From positions 1,825,567 to 1,889,566 of the forward strand of contig MU053629.1 in assembly GCA_013239625.1 (NCBI GenBank): a stretch of 64,000 bases of DNA. Direction: 5' to 3'. Shown in pieces: positions 38,464 through 52,439 of the stretch. Numbering within the stretch: the stretch's first letter is position 1; every line of letters begins with the position of its first letter. The notes beneath the pieces were generated by a model. It made no database searches. It was not told the DNA's origin and saw only the letters and a program-made list of their open reading frames with translations. This DNA comes from Lama guanicoe (Eukaryota). The translations under genes and the position numbers were made by a program.

Positions 38464-39147
38464 CTAGAAAAAGGGGCGAGACGTTGAAGTGGTGTGAGGC
38501 ACCAGGCAGACATTAAACACCCCAGAGGAACCCAGCCCACAACAACTGCTCACAGAAGAGAAACGCCTGCTGGCAGATTCATCGTTCAACGAGCGGTCAC
38601 CACAGGCCTGGTGTGGAGCACACACAGACAGCAAAGGCCAAGACCGCACCTTCCTCTGCCTTTATACGAATTCCCAGACTCCACACTATTCTACTCCACA
38701 TAATGACTCCACCTTTTCCCTCTTATTCTTAAAAATATGATCATAAGAACAGATGCAAGAAAACTGACCCCCTTACCAAAAGTTACCTGGTGACTCAATG
38801 GCAAGTTGGACTACAAACTTTCTTAAAGGCATTCATTTCCTCAAAACCTGGAAAGCTCTGGCCCCCTTACTCTGGCAGAGGCCACAAGCTAGTTTCCAGA
38901 TTTTGTTGTTGTTGCTGTTACTGCAATGTCTCAAAGATGAAAAATTTTCTCAAAAGAAAAAAAATCCTAATTCTGGATTCAGTTTAAGAAACTCAGAAGA
39001 TATGATAACACTGGGCCAGAAGCACAGCTGGTACTCTGTGAGGGCCACTGGTACGGATGGGCCACGCTCTTCAGTTCAGTTTGCTGCTAGACCTACTTGC
39101 CAACTTCACTTCCTTTGAGCTTGGCTATCTCCACTCCAGCCACTTAC

Positions 39148-39261
39148 CTCTCCTGTAGCCAAGGCTACAAAATTATCCACTGTTTTTGGAACAGTCTTTC
39201 CAAAAAGACCGATGACCACTCGGCCTATATCTTCATCTCCAATTCGCAGGTCAAAGTACAC
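39148..39261 (-). CDS. PPIB: PPIB exon 2 (114 nt)
   Basis: ttccag|GTGTAC...GGAGAG|gtaagt; [38 protein letters not shown]. Confidence 0.98.
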
Positions 39262-39699
39262 CTGGAAAAAGACCATTTCAAACTTAGCCTCTTTAAAGGG
39301 GCCTTGCTAGGGAAGGGAGCGCCAAAGAACCTACCCAGAGGATGGGAGAGAAAACAGCCGTATTTTAAGGGCAGTGTCTCTGTATATGGTTTTGGTGGTG
39401 AAAAAAAAAATCCATGGGAATCTAATGAAAGTTCCATGTTTGTTTACACTCTCTTTAGACTACAAGGTAACAATCTTTGCTCCAAATAAATAGTGGGTCC
39501 CGATTCTAGAAATTAACAGCAAAAAAACAAGGAGGGGTGCCTAGCACACCACTCAAGTTTGAACTACACTGCTGTGCTCTATAACTGGAAGTGGCTAAAA
39601 TCTGGCCTAAGGAGAGGAACGACTGGCAATCTGGCATACATGATCTTTCACCCTTTCCCCAGAAGTGCAGTATCTGCAAATAGCTCTGAGTCCGCAGTG

Positions 39700-40630
<931 letters not shown>

Positions 40631-41203
40631 CCACTAAATTGGGTTTAAATGTGGTAGCCTCCAAAAGCTCAGGGCGTGTTTATGCCTATCCGGGGTACAG
40701 CCTTACACAGCTCCTTCTGCTTTTCTTGCAAAACTTGCTTCAAAACCCACTTCCTTTTGACTTAGTCCCTGTCACTTGTACTACCTTTCCCCCCCTCTCA
40801 TCTTACCGTGCTTACTACTGTGTGAGTCAACGCACACTTTATTGTATACTCTGGTTCTTAACTTCCTTTCTTTACCTGTTTTCCCAAGTAACTACACTTT
40901 CTTTTCTTTTGAGAGTAGTGTACTGTGTTGCACGCACTTTGTATACAAGCTAAGTGCTCAATAAATATTGGTTGGAATAGGGTCAGATTAGCACTGAGGT
41001 AGGAAATAGTATGTGCCACGGTCTGAGGTTTAGTCTCTCTTTTCTAGAAACTGTCAGGAAGGTGGCGGAGAGTGGTCAGATGCCCCCACAGCAGTGTCTC
41101 AGAGCTCCACACACATCTGGTGGTGTTCCCAAGAGTCTACAACATATATAGCTTCAGCACTGGGAGTCTTACCCACACCCCAAAATAAAAAATGTGCATT
41201 CAA

Positions 41204-41350
41204 GGCGGGAGGGTATAGCTCAGTAGTAGAGTGCATGCCTAGCATGCACAAGGTCCTGGGTTCAATCCCTAGTACCTCCATTAAGAAAATAAATAAGTAA
41301 ATAAACAAACCTAATCACCTCCCCCCAACAAAAAAATAAAATTTAAAAAA
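41204..41350 (+). mobile_element. tRNA-derived SINE, full length with A and B boxes
   Basis: GGGTATAGCTCAGTAGTAGAG (A box)...GGTTCAATCC (B box), followed by an A-rich tail. Confidence 0.9.
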
Positions 41351-42539
41351 ATTACACATTCACAACTTCTAAAACTTGGAACCATGATGTTATGAAATGT
41401 CTTCAAACTAATTTTCAAAGATTAACGTTGTAGAAATTTCTGGTCTTCACAGCCCAGATTGTAGGTAGACAAGGCTCCATTTCCATAGCTGAACTCCGCA
41501 ATTTGGTCTCTATATGACTTGTTGACCTGAGTTTGAGGTTATGCATGGCCACTGGCGTTAACGTTGTCCTTGCTCACAACGTCACTGCAGGCAGGCTGCA
41601 CAGCTTGACAGTTTTCACCAACACAAATGACACTTGCTATTTCTAATCCTCACACCTCAACCCAGACCACTACTCAAATAGGTGGAGGTTCTTCTAGGTA
41701 AAACTGTTGCACTGACAATGATGATCTTCCAAACACCCCACCTCCTTTATTTTTCTGTCTGTCAAGCCTCTCTTCCTACTTGCTGGTCTCATGTTGCCCG
41801 TAACCATCGAGAAAACTGTTTACCAAGGTATGTTTTCAAAGTTGCCTTCTCAACATGAGGAACTAGTGCTAAAACAGCATATAAGCAGCCTTTTTCCCAC
41901 CTTCCCAACCACCTTTGAAAAAAATAAGCTTGATGGATAAAATGCTCTCAATATGAAGCTTTTCTCTCTTGATGACCTTAAACGTCTTTTCTACTAGTGA
42001 AAAAAAAAAAGCATTAAGTAGTAACTGAGCAGTAATGGAAAAAACTGGAACCAATCGTGTAGATTGGCAGCTGTTTTGTGCCATACGTGCACTAGTGATT
42101 TTAGTTTGCACATTGCAGTTACATCTTCTGTCTGTATAGATGTTCCTCATTAGTAGAGCTGAACTGCAAAGCTGCTATTTCAAACCTGCTCCACAGAGCA
42201 GATCCTAACTTCCTGGTGTTCTACCACCTAAGCAGCACAGGGACACAGGAACTAGTTTGTGAGTGATTAATGTCCAAATTCTACCAGAAATATTTATGAA
42301 CATTCATCTTTTTTTTTACCAGAAATATTTAAAGTGACCCAGAGGAGAGGGCACAGTTCAACCCAAAAGAATGAAGCAAGAATGCCAAATTATTAGGCAT
42401 TAATTTCATTCACTGGAGTCCTGAATCATATCAGAGTTAGTCTCCTAGCCGGATTCTTAGTTACAAAGAATCAGGAGAGATTAAAACCAGACAAACCAAC
42501 CAACCAAACAAGCAAAATTAGCCAAGAAAGGTAAGACAT

Positions 42540-42545
42540 TTTATT
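42540..42545 (-). terminator. CSNK1G1: CSNK1G1 distal polyadenylation signal
   Basis: Minus strand reads TTTTTGTATGTAAAATAAA (TGTA elements plus AATAAA), followed by a GT-rich TTGGTTGGTTGGTTTGT tract at ~42490-42510. Confidence 0.7.
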
Positions 42546-43326
42546 TTACATACAAAAAGGGTGCAAACTGAGTCCTTTCCTCCCCAAATTGGGGAAGAGG
42601 TATACTTAAAGATCACATTTGTGTTTTCCATGGTGCCCTAGGAAATGGCTACTCTGAGATAACATATCAAGACCCATTTCCATTTTTCCCAAAGAAGGCT
42701 ACTTCCTCTGAAGAGGAGTTTTTACTTAATGGTGTACAAATCTCTCTCCTGGAGGAACCATTTCAAATACACTTGAAACTGACATTCATGTTTAAAAATA
42801 CTACAAGTTTCATTTTCACAGCTGAGCTTTGCGACCAGTGCCAGGGTTTATGAAACAACATTACATATCTAAAATAAAAGATAAAAAAAGGCATTTAACA
42901 GTAATCAGACACATCCACACATCAATTAAAACTGATTTCCACAGCTGATTTATACATTATCTAGTTTTAAAAAATTGCAATCAACATCCCAACATCTTTT
43001 TAAAAGTACAACGGGTCAGGATTAAAGAAACAGACAAAACAATATAATAAATTAGAGCATGTAATATGTCCAATGGGAACTGATGAATCAACATTACTTT
43101 CCATTGGGGGGTTTATAATATTTTTGGTTTCATTTCTATCTTTTCTGTTGTTTTACTCTTCTGCTTGATAAATGGGGCTCATTCCCAGAGCCAGCTTGCT
43201 GCGGTGACACTAATTTGAGAAACTCACTTGTTACCTGTTTACTTCCGAGAATATTCAGGAATACGTGGTCCCAGCAGCCTGGGCTGAGTCTTTATGGAAG
43301 TGAAATGCACACAGATGAGCTGTGCG

Positions 43327-43346
43327 CACACACACACACACACACA
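43327..43346. repeat. (CA)n microsatellite in the CSNK1G1 3'UTR; (UG)n in the mRNA
   Basis: cacacacacacacacacaca. Confidence 0.9.
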
Positions 43347-46300
43347 AGCATAAAAATGCAACAACACACACCCATCTGTAAATATATTTCCCCCTCAAAG
43401 AAATGGCTCATCTTCCTGAGACATTCCTAACAGACTGATAAGCCTCTTAAAAAAGCTTTCGGTGTAAGGGCTGGCCTGGGATTTGGTCTGGAGCTCATGA
43501 AGAGGAACACTGAAAGTCTCACCTGCCCTTAAGGAGGGGACTTGCCGGGAAGGGGCAGTCAGGACATCTGTCCTCTGGTGTGGGTTACGGGGATGACTGC
43601 ACAGCATCCCATTTACTACCATGGATAGCCCTCTGCTTTGAAGGTGGTGATGGCACTGGAAAGATGACTGCAAGGAGTTAAAAGGAGAAAAATAACAAAA
43701 TAAATTCTGTCCACAGAACTGAGGTTTCTCTATATATAACATTGAGTTTGGTAATCAAACTAGAAATATATGGAGTACACGTTCACTTTTTCCTTTGTAA
43801 TACAAACTGAGCTACAAAATAAACACTGGAGTGGGTTTCTGGTTGCTTTTTGAGGAAATATGTCAACTACTACTGTGTATATCCAGGGAACCTACTTACT
43901 ATTTGGAATACAATGGAGAAACCTATTCTTTTGCAGTCACTTGCAAAAGGAATTAGGAAAAACATATTCTTAAGAGTGCTTAATTGATCAAAGACTTCCA
44001 AGATTCCTTATCTGTGGGTAAAACACTGCTTATAACTCTGTAAACCCTCTAAAGGACCACGGTTTCCTTTCTTTCTTATTCAGAAACAAAATCACTCTCT
44101 TCCCCAGCCAAACAAAAACAAAAACAAAAACAAAAACCCACCCTGATTAACAAAACCACAGGCATCCCATTTTGATTTCTACCAACCTACCACAGGGAAG
44201 ACTGGGAGTCACTGGCCATCACCCTCTAGATGGGACTTTCCTGGAGCCTTGGAGTTGGTAAAAGAACCCGAGACACATGCCTGTTGCTCAGGCCAATCCA
44301 GATGGAGAGCCAAGTTACCCTGGCTCCTTAAGGGTTTCTGGAATTCATCGGCCCAGTTTGGAGCATTGGTGGGGATGGTGGCAGTGGCCTGGCAAAGGCA
44401 ATTTTGGCTGTATGGCACTGCAGGCTCCCAATCTGAGAAATTCTGGCCCTAACGTGGCTCTGACACTGAAGATGATGTTGTCAGGGCAACACACTGGGAA
44501 TGAAAACTGGCTGAAATATGAAAATGGAAGAGGTGACCGCGACATGGGAGGCACGTGGACTTGGGAGATGACGCATCAGAAGAAAGATGAAGTTCCTTAG
44601 AGGAGATGCTTTCCAGGCTGCCATGGAAGTACTTATTTTTGAAAGATACAGGTTATGCTACTCACTAAGAGGGGGGACAGGGTATATCTTTTGCATAAAA
44701 AAAAAGTTAAGGCTATGATCTTTTAAGTAACCATCGTGGCCATTAAGTAACCATCACTACCATTACTCACTTTTGACAATTAAAGTGGTTACTGAGACTG
44801 AGAACCAACACTGAATATGTACTCCCAATGTACATTTCCAGTGAAGTTTACTTTAGAGGTGATGGACACCTCTTCTGGCTAATGGCAGGGGCTGTTTCTA
44901 TGAACCTGGAATTCACTGAGAATGAACAGGCAATCACACTTCTACTGGAAACCTCAGGACCCTGCTGTCTCCTCTTGCCTCTATGTTCTAAAGTAAAGTG
45001 AGGCTTTAATTCGAGGCCGACCGAGTCACCTGACTCATACCTTCCTAGACCCTGTTTCCTTGTAGAAAGACCCAAAGTGGCAGGAGAATGTTAATTACGG
45101 CAGTCATGAAAGCACATTGCTGCTGGCACATGGCCCCACCTTGCAGAGCGGTCTGGAGCGAGACCACTTGGGAAATGCCAAGCGGATATACAGCAAGCGA
45201 TCGGCTCTGACAAGTCAAGACTGCACAGACATCAGTCATGCTCTCGTCACAAGGGAAGGACCCTGTAGGTGTTGGTGGATTCCTGGCCTGCTTGCCTCAA
45301 TCCGCTCAGGATGCAAGGCCTGAAGGACCGTGGGGCTTGGGAGGACTCCTAATGTCGTTAGTGCTTAAGGCTAACTCAGAAGTATCTGCATCAATCCCAA
45401 AGGAAAACATCCCCAGGCATCCTGCTCGTGAAGCGGAAGAAGCTCAAAAGCTACAGAGCAAGTGGATCTGGGTGGGGGGTGGGTGCAGGGAGTGCCCAAC
45501 CCCAAGGAGCTGAGGAAGACAGTTCAACGACTACAGCAAGAGGGCTGAGAAGGGAGCCCTGACGGGCTGAGGGGATGGAACTGATGGCCAAATTACTCCT
45601 TACTTTAAGAAAGATCACAACAGAATGCCCCAGGGGTCTGGAACCCCCTTGGAGGGCCAGTGGCTCTGGAAGGATCGCCGCTGCTGTGCACGCCAGGTCC
45701 TGGGCTCTTCGCCTGTCATGAAAAACCAAGTATCTAGTAAGAGATGGGGGTGGGGGGGCAGAGTAAGAACAGTGCATCAGGAAGACTCCCCCACAACTGC
45801 TCAGGTTCAGTCCCTCAAGAGCTAGACTTAAAAAAAAAATTTATGACTCCCAAAAGGTCACAAACCCAGCTGCAAGAGGGTAGGCCCTGCAGCCAAGCTG
45901 GTAACTGCCTTTCCTTTTTTGTGGAAAAGGGAGCGGGGAGGCACTTAGTGGGGTACGGGGTGCCAGGAAAGCTCCCGGCTTCGCCACCATTTCCCCTTGC
46001 CCTCCCTTGAGAGGCAAGGCTTCTTCTATATGGGGATGTGTAAGTTTCTATACAGGAAGTCAGAGTTGCCCAGATGCCAACTGAGAAACTATGTAAGCTT
46101 CAGTGATGGTGCCTTAACCACCAGGTAATGTCAAAGAAGCAAACCCCACTATTTAAAATCCTTGCGGGGAAGAGGTGTGACACTGAATCTTTCAGCTACT
46201 CTGTTTTGTTTATAGAGAAGTTTCTTTCAAAGAAATGAAAGATACGATGTTTACATAAGCTAGGCAGGTTTGAGGCCAGTGACGTGCTATTTCCTAGCCA

Positions 46301-48442
46301 GGACCCAATGGGACACAGGTGAAGCCCAGTAACTCGGATCCACGCTAACCGCAGCTATTTCTGCTCCATGTAAGATACATCAAGGGACTTGTCAGGAAAT
46401 GCCAATTACCAGGAAGTGTCCCCACAACCTCTAGTCCAAAAGACAGCCCTACACCTCAAGCCAGAGGCAATGACTTGTTCCCCCTAAGTGCCCAGACGAA
46501 GTCCCCAGCCACTGTCCTCCGTGGTGAGCTCTCTCTACTCCCATATACAAAACCTCATCCCCTGCTGTAATTGATCCTTTCTCCTCTAGCATATCTGGAA
46601 TGAGAGGTCACTGTTTGGATAAGCCACTGAATTCAAATGAAGAGCAAGCATGAGGCTAACTCCATACATCAATGACTTTTCAAGCAGTGAATGAGGAACC
46701 GAGACCCTGCATGGCAGTGTATCACGTGATCACACCAAGGCGGAGGGGACAGCGTACCGGGGACAACGTGCTCGAGATGTGTGGCCGTCTCATCTGGAAG
46801 GGGTCTACGTCCAAGCGAGAGGATAATTTCAGACCTTTCATTTCGGTCTCCCTTGCCCTGGTATCTTCCAGCACTAACCAATCTTACCTTCTCAGTCACT
46901 ACAGTCCCAAGTACTGAGTCCTCAGCCTGCTGCTATGGACCCGCTGGGAGAAGATCTGCAGGAGCCTGGTTTCTGATAAGGCAGGCCAGCCCAAATGCCG
47001 GAACTCAGCTATTGGGGCAAAGAGTACCACCGATTTTATTTCCTGGCCCTGTGATGAGCCAAATCCTGAGGTTCCTGTGGCAGTTGGAAGGCAGGATCAC
47101 TTTCCTCCTTTCTGTCCACTGGTGGCAATATGGTGGTGGCTGTTTCATCACTAATTGTGTCCCCCAAGTCACTAAGGAAGTCACATGGCTATCTAGTTGG
47201 AAGTCCCTGGCAGTGGAGGAAAGAGACATTTCAGACTTTTGTGTTAAGCATCTCCTTCTCTGGGATGAACTGTCTCCTGGTCACAGTCTGGCTTGGCTGG
47301 CTCATCCCGTGTGCTGGAGAGCTACGTTTGTCCAAACTGCAGGCTGATGAGGTCAAGAGGCTCCGGCAGGGACATTCTTCAGCAGCTGAGAAGATGAACG
47401 AAAATTCAAGTATGCTTCCCTGTCACCCTGAGTGTTCACTCAGGAAGACGCAGAGTTTTGGCTTCTTCTCTTCTTCTGGGTGCTGCAGACCCAACTCTTT
47501 CCACTGAGAATGTCCTCTGGACCCATGTTCTCTCTGAATGGCTTGGCTGGCCCCATCCCCCTCAAAACAGAAAAAAAGTAAAACTCCCAATATAACCAGA
47601 CACAATATGCATCTGCCATGTTTTTTTTTGTTAAAAACAAAACAAAACAAAACAACAAAATAACAACAACTAAAAGTGCAATAAAGTCAGTTTTTTCCTT
47701 TGCTCAGAACAATCTGCATTGTTCTGCTGCCGTCTGAAGAACACAGTTCGCTTGTCAAGAAAGCTAAGAACGCCAACACGCAGGGACAGTAGACTGCAGA
47801 CTTCTCACAGCTTTGTCCTACAGTGTAACTTCACAGGAGGGAGGGAGGGAGGGAGGGAGGGGCCTGCAGCCCCGGGGCCGGCGGGGGATGGAGGCTGCAC
47901 AGGCACGGAGGAAGAGGGAGCCAGACTGCCAGACACACCTGGCAGGTGGAGGAGGTGCTCCTCCAGCCCAGGCCTGCCTCTTCCTCCTACTTTCCTGGCC
48001 GCACCCCCAGCCTCTTGAGCTCCTTCAGCAGACAAAGCCTTCAACTCATTAGCTTTGATGCTGGAGAGGGTTGAGGGTGGGGCAAGAACCAGGAGTAAAC
48101 TAAGGGGAGGGAAGAGAATAGTAGTCCTTGAGTTTTTGTGAATGACACCTTCACTGTAAACAATAGGAAGGAGAGTCAACCAGGCAGCCCCAAGGGCCAG
48201 CAGTGGAGGCCCAGCAGCTCTGGGACCTGCTCAGAGCCGCAGGCAGGCAGGCAGGGACAGCCACTGGCCCTCTGGGCCCTGGCTGCCCACACTGGCTCCT
48301 TCTGGGGGCATCTCTTTTCTTCTTTTTGGTTTGGATCTCCACCCTCCCCCACAGAGGAGTCCCTTCCAATGAGAAATGGCAGGAGCTGCAGGTGCAATTG
48401 AGTCAGAGTCCCCAGGGCCTGAGGACTCCTGGGAGGCACTGG

Positions 48443-48497
48443 TCACTTGTGGCGCTGAGCAGTCTTCTTTCTTTTCCTCTTAAAGAAACAGCAGCAC
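48443..48497 (-). CDS. CSNK1G1: Casein kinase I gamma-1 terminal coding exon
   Basis: ctccag|GTGCTGCTGTTTC...CACAAGTGA; (K)CCCFFKRKRKKTAQRHK*, the CK1-gamma Cys cluster and basic tail. Confidence 0.95.
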
Positions 48498-48824
48498 CTG
48501 GAGCACAAGGAACACTGCAAGTTAGTTCTGGAGGCCTGCAGCTGCCAACAGATTTCTGCCTGCCTCTGCTTATTGCAGGGGATGACATTCTCCCCGGCAC
48601 CCACCCATGGGGCCGCCCACCATCTAGAGAGCACATACTGGAGGCGGTGGGCAGGATCTGCCAGGAAAGCCAAAGGAAGGAGATGCTTTATTCCAATCTG
48701 CAGCCACCAAACCTAATTACCAAAGCGCGGCAGGCTAGGCAGGGCCCAAACAGGCATTTTTGTAAGAAGGATGAAGATGGCTTATTTCCTAGTCTAACAC
48801 CCCAACCTGGATGTCTCATCTTTT

Positions 48825-48947
48825 TTTTTTAAATTTTTTTTCAGTGGGGAATTAAGTTTATTTGTTTTTAATGGAGGGACTGGGGATTGAACCCAGGACC
48901 TCCTACATGCTAAGCACACACTCCACCACTGAGCTATTCCCCGCCCC
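48825..48947 (-). mobile_element. tRNA-derived SINE with 16-bp target-site duplication, in the last CSNK1G1 intron
   Basis: GGATGTCTCATCTTTT at 48809-48824 and 48948-48963 flank the SINE body. Confidence 0.9.
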
Positions 48948-51900
48948 GGATGTCTCATCTTTTATCTTGAACCAAGGTTGGGGGGGTCCTCAGGGCTGCA
49001 TAAGAATACGAGGCACTGCCTGCCCCTTGGTACAGAGGGCACAATTATTTAATGCAACCGGCCGGTATGGAGGCTCAACTAAGGCAAACAAACACCATGA
49101 AAAACGTGACACTTGGAGCTCTGGGAAGCTCACACAATGCTTCTGATGAAGCACTAAGGATTCTTTCTAGCCCCCGCCCTCAACCAGCAGGCTGGAGTGG
49201 GCAGGAGAAGCCCTGACTTTAGTAACTGTGGGAGCCCAGATCTCATGAATGAAATCACCAGAGCCCACTCTTCATCCGGAGGGGACCAACGCCACAGCTG
49301 ATCACCAGGAAGCATCTGGTTGCAGGGTCCTCCTCAACTTAGCCTCCCGAGACTGCTGCTGAACCAGACTGGGTTCAAGCACCGACCCCGCTCAGGGTGG
49401 CGGCTGGGCCTGATCTCTTCACAAGCCCTCCAAGCGCTGCCTCCGGGGCAGCAGCCGCGGCTCAGCCACAGCCCTCGGCCTGAGCGCCTGCTCCTCACTC
49501 CCGGCCTTTGGGATAGGGAGCATCTCTCACTTGGGCAGTGACTATTCCAGAAGGGGGAGATGAGGGCTGTGACAAAAGATACGTCTTTTCCAGGAAGCTG
49601 ACACACGCGCAGTGAGAACGTGAGGGGCAGAAGGTGGTGGATGAGTCCAAGGGGCCCGATGATGGGGGAAGCACAGCTGGAGGCAGAACTCAGTCCTGCT
49701 GGGCCCTTGAAAGAAAAGCTTTTCTCAAAAACCTATCTTTGGCTCTTCTGCTGAATCCTTCTGGGTTTAATGCCAAAAGTACTTACATGGAAATAAGCTG
49801 TTGCTTACTTCCCACACCCCTAAGTTCTCCCCTGTAGTTTAACATTCCCTCCCTTTTCAGGCCCGTGGTATTCCTACACCCTGGGTATTAAAAATCTGGA
49901 GAAAGTCCCTTGGAATGCAGAAACAGACGTTTACATATACAAAGTGCTGGGCTTTAACCATATCCGAATGAACTGAACGTGGAGATTTCGGAAATAAGAG
50001 CTTCTTAGGGGGGGTCTTAAAAATTTTTTTCCAAGAGTTTGACATGTGTAATGTGATTATAGTCACTAGATAAAGTGTCCTGTGTATTCAGAGACTGAAT
50101 AAATGCTTAAAAATTTTTTTTTGATTATTTAAAACAGTTCTCAATGGAATCCCTAGGGAAGGAGTCAAGGGGAAAAAAAAGTTTGGGTTTTTTTTTTTTT
50201 TTGTACATATGCTTTAGAAAACAGACATTTTTCAAGGTGAATGCCCTGAAATTATTTAGCAAGGTGAATTAAATCTCATGGGAGCATCAATGTTTCAAAA
50301 GAGCTACTGATTCCCTGTTAACCATGACTGAGGGATCATTAACATTTAAGTCAACTTCTCATTCTTTTTGGAGGATGCTAAGATGATGATTTTGTGTTTT
50401 TAAGTAAGGGCAATCATTAAGAAGTTTGAAATACTGTTTTGGTCCATACAATTTCTCTTTTACCTCCTCCAAGGCAAGCCGTGAGAAGTAACGTCTGCTC
50501 ATAAGCATATTATAACTTGACGTGCAATGCTGAATTCACCGGACTGGAGGAGAGTGTGAGCCCTGGTTTTCAGAGCCCTGGATTAATTCTTGCTAGTTAC
50601 CGCAGTTAAGGCTTCGGCAGGAGCAGGAGCTTTTAATAACTCTACCCAGGAGGGAACAGGCTCCACAACCGATTCTTCACCTCTTTGGTTCCGGTGGTGA
50701 CTACCAGCAACAGGACCTGTTAATAAGCCTGGTTAGATCCCAGACCAAGCCCGCTGACGGGCTCCATTCAGATGTTTTCCTCTCAGAAGACAATGAAGGC
50801 AAGCGATCAACCGTTCTTGCGTCTCAGGTTTCCTTCCAGTTGACTCCTGACTGGCTCTCCCTTCAGCTGTTACTTTACGAGGCTTCTTGTCTTTGCTGTC
50901 CCTGTACGTCCTTCCCTCGCTCTACCACCTGGGTCAAGCCCCACGGCACCCACAAAGTCTTTCTCGACCTTCCCTGCCAACGGTGACTTCTCAAGGGACA
51001 ATAACCTAAGTGTCCTGGAGAACTACTTGTCCTTTCAAGTACACGTGTCTTATCTCTCCAGCTAGATGGCACCTAAGCTCTTTGGGGAAGGCCGTGGGAC
51101 CGCCTGGAGTTCCAGGCACAGAGTGGATGAGCACAAGGTAGGCCCTCTATTTGCAGTTTAGGATCATGTGACTAACATCTCACAGGAAAAAAAGAGATGT
51201 CAGATTACAGAGACACATGTTTGCTAAATAAATAGGCCAAATGTACTCCTTGACACCGTAACTCTGCAAATTCTATCCCTATAGAACCCAATTGTTATCT
51301 TCAATACATCCTTGTCCCTGGGGAAACCCTGTAGGCAACTCGGCTCAGCCAGTTAGGGTACAGAGACTGGTGCCCAACCCAGTCACTGAAGACAGACAGA
51401 AACAAGGCAGTCAGAGAGCCCAGCAGACATTATCACCACAGAGAATATTATCTCAGACATGCAGACCACGGGGGAGAGTTTTGATTCCACACTGCAAAGA
51501 CCAACTCGCTCAGGAGCACCTGAAGGTCACGGGCAGCATTCAGGAGGAGAGCTGGGGAGGGGGCTCGGTCCTGCAGCAAGAGTGTGCCTTACCAAACATG
51601 GATTCTTTAGGGCTTCCCCTTCAATATACCTCATGTTGTTCCTAAGAACGCATTCAAGGAACCTTCTGCAGGAATGGAAAAGAGAGGCTCCAGGATCACA
51701 TTAGCCAAGTCAGCCCTTGGCCTACGATGCTCTCTTACAGGAAGGGGAAAGGAAGAGGAAAAGGAAAGGGAACAGAAGGGAAGAGAAGGAAAGACTACAA
51801 ACGAAAAACAAACAAAAAACTCAAAACAACAACAACAAAATGTCCACCTTTTCCCCAAAAAGCAATTCTCTTATTTGGAGAGACTCATATTCTAGAGAGG

Positions 51901-52415
51901 GAAGAACCAGCTGAATCAAAAAAGAAAAGTCACAGATTTTTCCAAAGCTGCTTGAATTTCAAGGTTGGAGAGCAAACCACAGAATGTGAGACTATCTGGC
52001 AGCGACCCTCCCTGGAGCTGTGAGGAACAGTTAGATTCTGATTCTACGACTAACACAGTCACCTGGTCTTCCTGCCTCTGTCCCTCTCTGTCTGCTCATA
52101 CCTGGTTGTATCAATTTGAGAAAAAAGTCACTAAAATAAAAATGAAGAGATAACTTTGTATACTGTGGGCTACCGTTTTGACAGGAGGAGGCAGCAGTGA
52201 GGTGGGTTGGAAGGGGAAGGAGGAGCAGATTAATTCCTGGCTGCAGGCCTGCCCCATCCCCACCTTGCGGCTCGAGTTCCCCAGTCTGGGTGGGTAATGA
52301 CACAAGATGGCATATGGAAGCCACTGTGTGTTCCTAAGGCATTTTGCTTGGCTTTGCCAACCCCATCCTAGTCTGGTCCGCTCCCCTAGCGTGTGGGCTG
52401 TAGACAGGGACTCAC

Positions 52416-52439
52416 CACAGGTTGAGCATTTTCAGGCAG
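52416..52439 (-). CDS. CSNK1G1: CSNK1G1 24-nt cassette microexon
   Basis: Long CT-rich tract...ctctgtag|CTGCCTGAAAATGCTCAACCTGTG|gtgagt; phase 2-2, gives EEA-NCLKMLNLW-CCCFF. Confidence 0.8.

Larger units (their letters stand above)
42520..48442 (-). other. CSNK1G1: CSNK1G1 long 3'UTR (~5.9 kb)
   Basis: Runs from the stop codon to the poly(A) signal above; no interspersed repeat recognised; contains U/GU-rich simple repeats. Confidence 0.65.

Noticed and set aside
41204..41280. tRNA-like sequence with A and B boxes
   Set aside because: It has an A-rich tail and six diverged relatives in the window, so it is a SINE rather than a tRNA gene.
41204..48947. Inverted SINE pair bracketing the CSNK1G1 last exon (possible dsRNA)
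   Set aside because: The plus-strand copy lies ~1.2 kb beyond the predicted poly(A) site, and the copies are short and ~7.5 kb apart, so pairing is unlikely.
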